From: Andalucia godoyi And28
Lineage: Eukaryota > Protista > Jakobida
Direction: 5' to 3'
DNA length: 64,000 nt
Assembly: GCA_009859145.1 (NCBI GenBank)
Contig: VRVR01000041.1
Span: forward strand, 62,001 to 126,000
Shown: piece after piece, positions 59,047-64,000 of the stretch
How positions within the stretch are numbered: position 1 is the first letter of the stretch
How the letters are laid out: every line of letters starts with the position of its first letter
Notes under the pieces: model-generated
Told to the model about the DNA's origin: nothing
The model's input: only the letters and a program-made list of their open reading frames with translations
Database searches by the model: none
Made by a program: the position numbers and the translations under genes

Positions 59047-61416
59047 ATGGAATACTCTCCGCTGGAGAACAAGCGCTCTGGCGAACACGAGCTGGAGGCC
59101 GGAGACCCAAGCGGCGCAGATTTGGACTATCGAGCTGCGGAGGCGCTAGCGGTGCACAAGAAGCGCACGAAGATTCTTATTGGGCTTGCAGCGCTGGTCA
59201 TTATTGCGGTGGTGATTACGCTTCCACTGGCAATCATCGCACAGTGGCCTTCGTCGTCCCATTCAAACAACAGGGTATTCGGGTTTGAAGATATATTCTC
59301 CGTGAATGCAGTCGTCCCTAATGTGCAGTTTAATGCGGCGGGGGATGTCTACACGATGGATGCAGCATCCGGCAACATCTATTCCGTGTCGACGAATGGA
59401 AAGCGCACGCTGGTTGCTGAGTTGGATGCGTCATTCACCGATTTTTCAGTTTCAGACGATTCCAAGTTCTTTTTGCTTGCCCGAAATACCTCGGCTGTTT
59501 TCCGTCACTCGTCGAATTCAAAGTATTATCTGTACGAAGTTGCAAGCAAAGCCCTCACAAAGGTCTTTGCGGACGATCTGATTGACGAGTCGCTTGCTGT
59601 CTTCACGCCCGGAACTCAGCCAGCGCAGCAGGTCCGTTTTGCCATTGTCAAATCAGGGGAGATTTTCTCATGTGCTTACACTTCTGGAGCCGCCGCGGTC
59701 GTTTCTACGCGCGTAACGAATTCTGCACTGGATTTCCGAGTCCGCAACGGAATTTCCGATTGGTTGTATGAGGAGGAGGTTCTCGCATCACAAGTATCCA
59801 TGTGGTTTTCGCTCTCTGGTTCAAAGCTTGTCTATTTGGAGTACAATGATACATTGATCCAAGATTTCCAATACCCGTTCTATGCTCCTGCTGATCCGAT
59901 GCCCGAGATCTCGCATATCGCCTATCCTACTCCAGGATACACCAACCCTACTGTCAAGGCCTTTGTTGTTGACTTGTCCGCGAACCCACCGTTTGCGCCA
60001 GTCCAAGTCTACTCGAACGAGCAGGATGATACAATCATTTTTGGAGCGTCCTGGGTCGACGATGCGACATTCGCTCTTCGCATCATGAACCGAATCCAGA
60101 CCTACACAGATGTTCGTCTGTTTGGCATCGACGGCTCTGCAAAGGGTCTTGCGTCCCCTGCGGAGACTATCCCCGATGGCTGGGTGATTCCGCGAACCGC
60201 TCCCGTGTTTTTGGATGCGAATACGTACGTGGACATTCGCTGGACAAATGATTCCTACCAGCATGTTGCACTTGTTGGCGTGAATGGAATCAACCGGTTC
60301 CTGACATCTGGAGCGTACAATGTGTACGAGATTTTGTGTGTCGATTCTGTATCGGGCTCTGTAGTCTTCCGCGCGCCTGGACCGACTGGGGCCGCCTGGG
60401 ATAGTCATATTTGGTCCGTGAATGCGAAGGCTGCGTCACCTGTGCTGGTGCAACTTGACAAGAGCGGCTATTCATACGCGACGGCCACCTTCGGCACTTC
60501 ATGCGGGTCGTATTTGCTTGCGGAACAGAGTGTCTCTCAAGTTCCTGTGTACACGTTTGTTTCTGCGACAGCGAATCCGTTTGTGGTGGAGTCGAATTCC
60601 GCGTTCCAAGCAGCGCTTGCTCCGCTGAACTTGCCGACTCGTGAGTACATGCAGATTGCAGGGTTCAATGCCTATCTCACGTATCCCCCGAATTTTGACC
60701 CCAAGAACAAAAAGTATGCGTTGATCATGCATCCGTATGGAGGTCCTGGATCGATGATGGCACTGTCTAAGCACATCTTGAGCGATGCCTGGGAGGCATA
60801 CTTTGTCTCGAACCACGATGCCGTTATCGCAGTCGTCGACGGCTATGGAACCGGCGCACAGACGCGCGAGTTTCTGTACAAGGTATACAAGCAGCTTGGA
60901 ATTTTCGAAGCACAATCTCAGGCCACGGCCGCATGGGCACTTTCGGAGAAATACCCCTGGGTAGATTCCTCTCGTATTGGTTTCTTTGGTTGGTCATTTG
61001 GAGGCACGCAAGCCTTGAACGCAGCGTCCTATAACGTTTTCGACGCAGCAAACCGTTCACCGTATCGTGCGTCGTTTGCAGTAGCGCCTGTGACAGACTG
61101 GCGATACTACGACACCGCATATACAGAGCGATATATGCAGACTCCAGCGATGAACCCAGACGGATACGCAGCCACGTCGTGCATGCAGCGCGCCGGCGCG
61201 ATTTCCGCGTCTCTGAGCATCATGCATGGGTCCTGGGATGACAATGTCCACATTCTGAACAGCATGAACTACATGAATGCGGTTATTAAGGCACACAGGA
61301 CGGATGTTGACTTCTATGTGGTCCCGAACAGGCAACATTCCATCGGCGACCAAGACGCACGTCGCATTGTTTGGACCCGTGTAACCAACCATTTTGTGAA
61401 CGCTCTCGACATGTAA
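59047..61416 (+). CDS. Dipeptidyl peptidase IV family (S9B), type II membrane protein, 789 aa
   Basis: N-terminal TM anchor, NGISDWLYEEEV, YPTPGYTNP and PYGGPGS. Catalytic triad motifs GWSFGG (Ser), DDNVH (Asp) and NRQHSI (His). Confidence 0.95.
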   Translation: MEYSPLENKRSGEHELEAGDPSGADLDYRAAEALAVHKKRTKILIGLAALVIIAVVITLPLAIIAQWPSSSHSNNRVFGFEDIFSVNAVVPNVQFNAAGDVYTMDAASGNIYSVSTNGKRTLVAELDASFTDFSVSDDSKFFLLARNTSAVFRHSSNSKYYLYEVASKALTKVFADDLIDESLAVFTPGTQPAQQVRFAIVKSGEIFSCAYTSGAAAVVSTRVTNSALDFRVRNGISDWLYEEEVLASQVSMWFSLSGSKLVYLEYNDTLIQDFQYPFYAPADPMPEISHIAYPTPGYTNPTVKAFVVDLSANPPFAPVQVYSNEQDDTIIFGASWVDDATFALRIMNRIQTYTDVRLFGIDGSAKGLASPAETIPDGWVIPRTAPVFLDANTYVDIRWTNDSYQHVALVGVNGINRFLTSGAYNVYEILCVDSVSGSVVFRAPGPTGAAWDSHIWSVNAKAASPVLVQLDKSGYSYATATFGTSCGSYLLAEQSVSQVPVYTFVSATANPFVVESNSAFQAALAPLNLPTREYMQIAGFNAYLTYPPNFDPKNKKYALIMHPYGGPGSMMALSKHILSDAWEAYFVSNHDAVIAVVDGYGTGAQTREFLYKVYKQLGIFEAQSQATAAWALSEKYPWVDSSRIGFFGWSFGGTQALNAASYNVFDAANRSPYRASFAVAPVTDWRYYDTAYTERYMQTPAMNPDGYAATSCMQRAGAISASLSIMHGSWDDNVHILNSMNYMNAVIKAHRTDVDFYVVPNRQHSIGDQDARRIVWTRVTNHFVNALDM

Positions 61417-62139
61417 TTAAAGAAGGTAAAACATTATTTGAAAAAACATTTTAGGTTAACAATTAATAATAAAAAACAGACAAAAACACGACCCGCTCGA
61501 CGGACTATTTGTCATCGAGACTTGCGATTTCTTTTTATTTCCCCCTCTGTCTTTGCTGCTTGCAAGACGACGAAAGGAGCATCGCTAATCGAATGCTTTG
61601 GCAGCTTCCTGCATACCGAAGACCGCCCTGCAACAGGGTCGTGCGACAGCAAGGAAACATGCTGTTCAGCTGCGAACTGCCTTCGGAACATTTCTTGACG
61701 AAGCAGATCCAAGGGTTGCTGCGACGCGGCAAACAGCAGTGTTGGCTGGGCTGCGACTAACGATTGGTCCAGACGTCTCGTGTAATCAACATGGAACGAG
61801 CAAACCCCGTGCAAGAAAGAAAAAAAAAAGAAATTCGTCAAGAATTCTCCTTCATCACCTTTCGCTCGAATCACAAAGAAAGTCAGTGGTGAATTCTTGA
61901 GGGTTCTTTTTGTTTTTCTGCTGTTGTTGTTGTTGTTGTGTGTGTGTTTGTACATTGCTCGCTCACTGTCCTGCTGCACAGTTGCGTTATTAAGATTGTT
62001 CTTGGCTCCGTGCCCAAGTTTGTTCCAGAGCTGGTTGGATCTGTTACTGTCTGACTGTCTTATTTTTCTTTTCTTTTTTGTCGCCCCTCCTCCTGAATGG
62101 GGTGGCCCTTTATAGACACATAAGTATCTTCACTAGCAA

Positions 62140-64000
62140 ATGCTCAAGTTTCCCATCTGCATCGCCATTTTGGTGTCGTTGCTGCTACTGTTGTCTTCTC
62201 CAAGGACTGTCACACTCGTTGTCGGAGCCGACATCACCGTGTCTCCTGCTTCGGATATTGCTTCAGTGGCGTCACTAGCGGCATCCGGAGACACTCTTCT
62301 GTTTTCCCCAGGCACCTACAACCTGACCGCTCCCATTGTCGTTACATCAAAAACCTTGATCTTTCGAGCACAAGGGCCGTCGGCAAAGGCGTCTCACCTG
62401 CTGGTCGCTGTGAACGCGGATGTATCCATCCGCATTTCTGGAAGTTCAGCGTCTCTGACGATAGTTGGGCTCTCGTTTACTGGGGCAGTGGCCTTTCCTG
62501 TGATTCAAAGCAGTGCAGATGCGTCGCTTAGCGTTCAAGATGCTTTTTTCTATGAAAATGCTGTCCCAACTTCATTGTTTGGATCTGCTGTTGATTTTTC
62601 TTCCTTTTCGTTTCTGGGTTCGTTGGCCATTTCAAGCACATTTTTTGAAGGCCACATTGCTCAAACTGGCGGCACTGTTGCGGTGCGGGGTGCATCACAA
62701 GTGCAAATCACAGGAAACACGCTGTTTTCACAGTCGTCAAGTTTAGCTGGTTCCGGCGGTGCCTTGTATGTTCAAAACGCGTCATCGTTCGAATGGTCCT
62801 TGACGCCATATCCCGTGTTTCCTGCGACCTCAGATGAAGTGACTGTCGGAGCGATGAACTGTTTTGCGGCCGGATCCGGTGGAGCAGTGTATCTGGAAAA
62901 TGTGAAAAACGTGTCGCTCTCTGGCGGAATGTTTACTGGGGCAAATGCAACGGTCTTTGGAGGATTAGTCGCCATTGCCGTCAAGTCCGATCTTCCGAGC
63001 TCACTACCATTTTCCCTTTCCATTCTGCAAACCGCATTTGTGAACAGTACTGCGTTATTTGCGGGCGGCGCGGTATTCGTGGGGCCTGTTGAAGCCTTCC
63101 GTCTCACGGATGTATCGAGCGGCCTAAACTGGGTTGTCCCGTCCATACTTCAGAGCGTAGCATCGCTCGGTGCTTTTAGCTCCTCTGCGGATGCAATTGT
63201 TACAATCGCATCGTCCAAATTTTTTAGTTCGCTTACCACGGACGCTACAAATGGAACGGCAGGCTCTTTTGCAGTACTGATGCCCTCCACACTTCGCATT
63301 TCGTCCTCATCCTTTGTTCGAGGACATGCGCCCCGGATCGGTGGCATGTTTGCGATTGCGCCGTATTCCACAGTTTCTGTGTCCGGATGTTACTTTGAAG
63401 CTGCAAATTACTTTGGACTTGTTTCCACCGTGTACACACCAGATAACAGTGGCGGTGTTTTCTGGGTCGGGAAGCACAGCTCCATGAACATTTCGAATTC
63501 AGATTTCTTTCTCACTGGTGCGGTGTACAGAGGAGGGACGATTTTTATGGACAGCAACACCACGATTAGGATTTCGTCGGTGACGAGCAAGAATTCATTT
63601 ATCCATGCTCAATACGAGTCTGCCATTGTTCAAGGGAAATCCTCGGGAGGGTTTCTGTACATAGGACCGGGGTCTGTTGCGTCGCTGGATAATGCAACGA
63701 TCAGTGTTGGCTTTGCTGTCGCAATGGGTGGGGCAGTGTTTGCAGATGCAGACGTTTCGCTTGATATCCGAAATTCGCAGTTTCTGTACTTCCAGGTTGC
63801 CTTGTTTGGAGGAGGCGGTGTGGCGGCCTACAGCTCCGCCTCCGTTTCCATCCAAAATTCACTCTTCTTCAAGTGCAGATCGAATGCCGGTGCGGGTGGT
63901 GTTCTTTTGTACATGGTGACAGGCAACATCCTCGTTTCGGGAAACACGTTTCTGGAAAATGCAGCCTCGAACATTCAGAGAGGAATTCTGCGTGGATATG
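62140..64000 (+). CDS. Secreted/surface beta-helix protein with Pmp-like GGA(V/L)/FxxN repeats, 3'-truncated by the window (not in the ORF track)
   Basis: Manual translation from ATG 62140 is open to 64000. It shows a signal peptide, GDTLLFSPGTY, and repeated GGALYV, GGAVYL, GGAVFV, GGTIF, GGFLY, GGAVFA, FVNS and FLEN. Confidence 0.85.
   Translation, partial: MLKFPICIAILVSLLLLLSSPRTVTLVVGADITVSPASDIASVASLAASGDTLLFSPGTYNLTAPIVVTSKTLIFRAQGPSAKASHLLVAVNADVSIRISGSSASLTIVGLSFTGAVAFPVIQSSADASLSVQDAFFYENAVPTSLFGSAVDFSSFSFLGSLAISSTFFEGHIAQTGGTVAVRGASQVQITGNTLFSQSSSLAGSGGALYVQNASSFEWSLTPYPVFPATSDEVTVGAMNCFAAGSGGAVYLENVKNVSLSGGMFTGANATVFGGLVAIAVKSDLPSSLPFSLSILQTAFVNSTALFAGGAVFVGPVEAFRLTDVSSGLNWVVPSILQSVASLGAFSSSADAIVTIASSKFFSSLTTDATNGTAGSFAVLMPSTLRISSSSFVRGHAPRIGGMFAIAPYSTVSVSGCYFEAANYFGLVSTVYTPDNSGGVFWVGKHSSMNISNSDFFLTGAVYRGGTIFMDSNTTIRISSVTSKNSFIHAQYESAIVQGKSSGGFLYIGPGSVASLDNATISVGFAVAMGGAVFADADVSLDIRNSQFLYFQVALFGGGGVAAYSSASVSIQNSLFFKCRSNAGAGGVLLYMVTGNILVSGNTFLENAASNIQRGILRGY

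Noticed and set aside
1-64000. tRNA, rRNA, snRNA genes and transposons
   Set aside because: No cloverleaf/T-loop, rRNA or U-snRNA signatures, and no transposase/RT motifs or terminal repeats, were seen by eye. tRNAscan-SE/Infernal were not run, so small RNAs could be missed.

Overview
This is a gene-dense eukaryotic nuclear window, not prokaryotic DNA. It holds about 30 mostly intronless protein genes, short spliceosomal introns (GTATGY donors, about 70-155 nt), microsatellite- and poly(A/T)-rich intergenic spacers, and many head-to-head gene pairs. Gene content points to an aerobic flagellated protist: it has CFAP45, a DRC12/CCDC153-like gene, cytochrome c1 with an intact CxxCH, and NDUFA6. 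Compactness and intron scarcity would fit a jakobid-like flagellate, but that is inference only. Confidently recognisable genes: OSCA/TMEM63 channel, bZIP factor, CFAP45, CYC1, UBE2C, NOL9/Grc3, TEX10/Ipi1, sphingosine-1-phosphate lyase, ZFC3H1/Red1-like, NDUFA6 (spliced), PRDX5, RhoGAP, ubiquilin, NOL10, GPN3, cyclophilin, Siw14-type phosphatase, C45 Ntn-hydrolase, HMG-box protein, RluA-type pseudouridine synthase, COPE (spliced), DPP4, and a Pmp-like beta-helix surface protein running off the end. Most notable observations: (1) a bacterial-type YbaB/EbfC gene with no evident targeting peptide, embedded in eukaryotic DNA and head-to-head with cytochrome c1; (2) a hidden 64-aa mitochondrial-looking microprotein that needs a GC-AG intron; (3) an R3H-like plus 'Swiss Army Knife'-type 2H phosphoesterase with one degenerate catalytic motif; (4) a split BTB domain fused to tandem HMG boxes; (5) a perfect CRE palindrome upstream of the bZIP gene; (6) a type I membrane cyclophilin. 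I found no rRNA, tRNA, CRISPR array or recognisable mobile element. All family calls come from motif recognition by eye; no database search was run.
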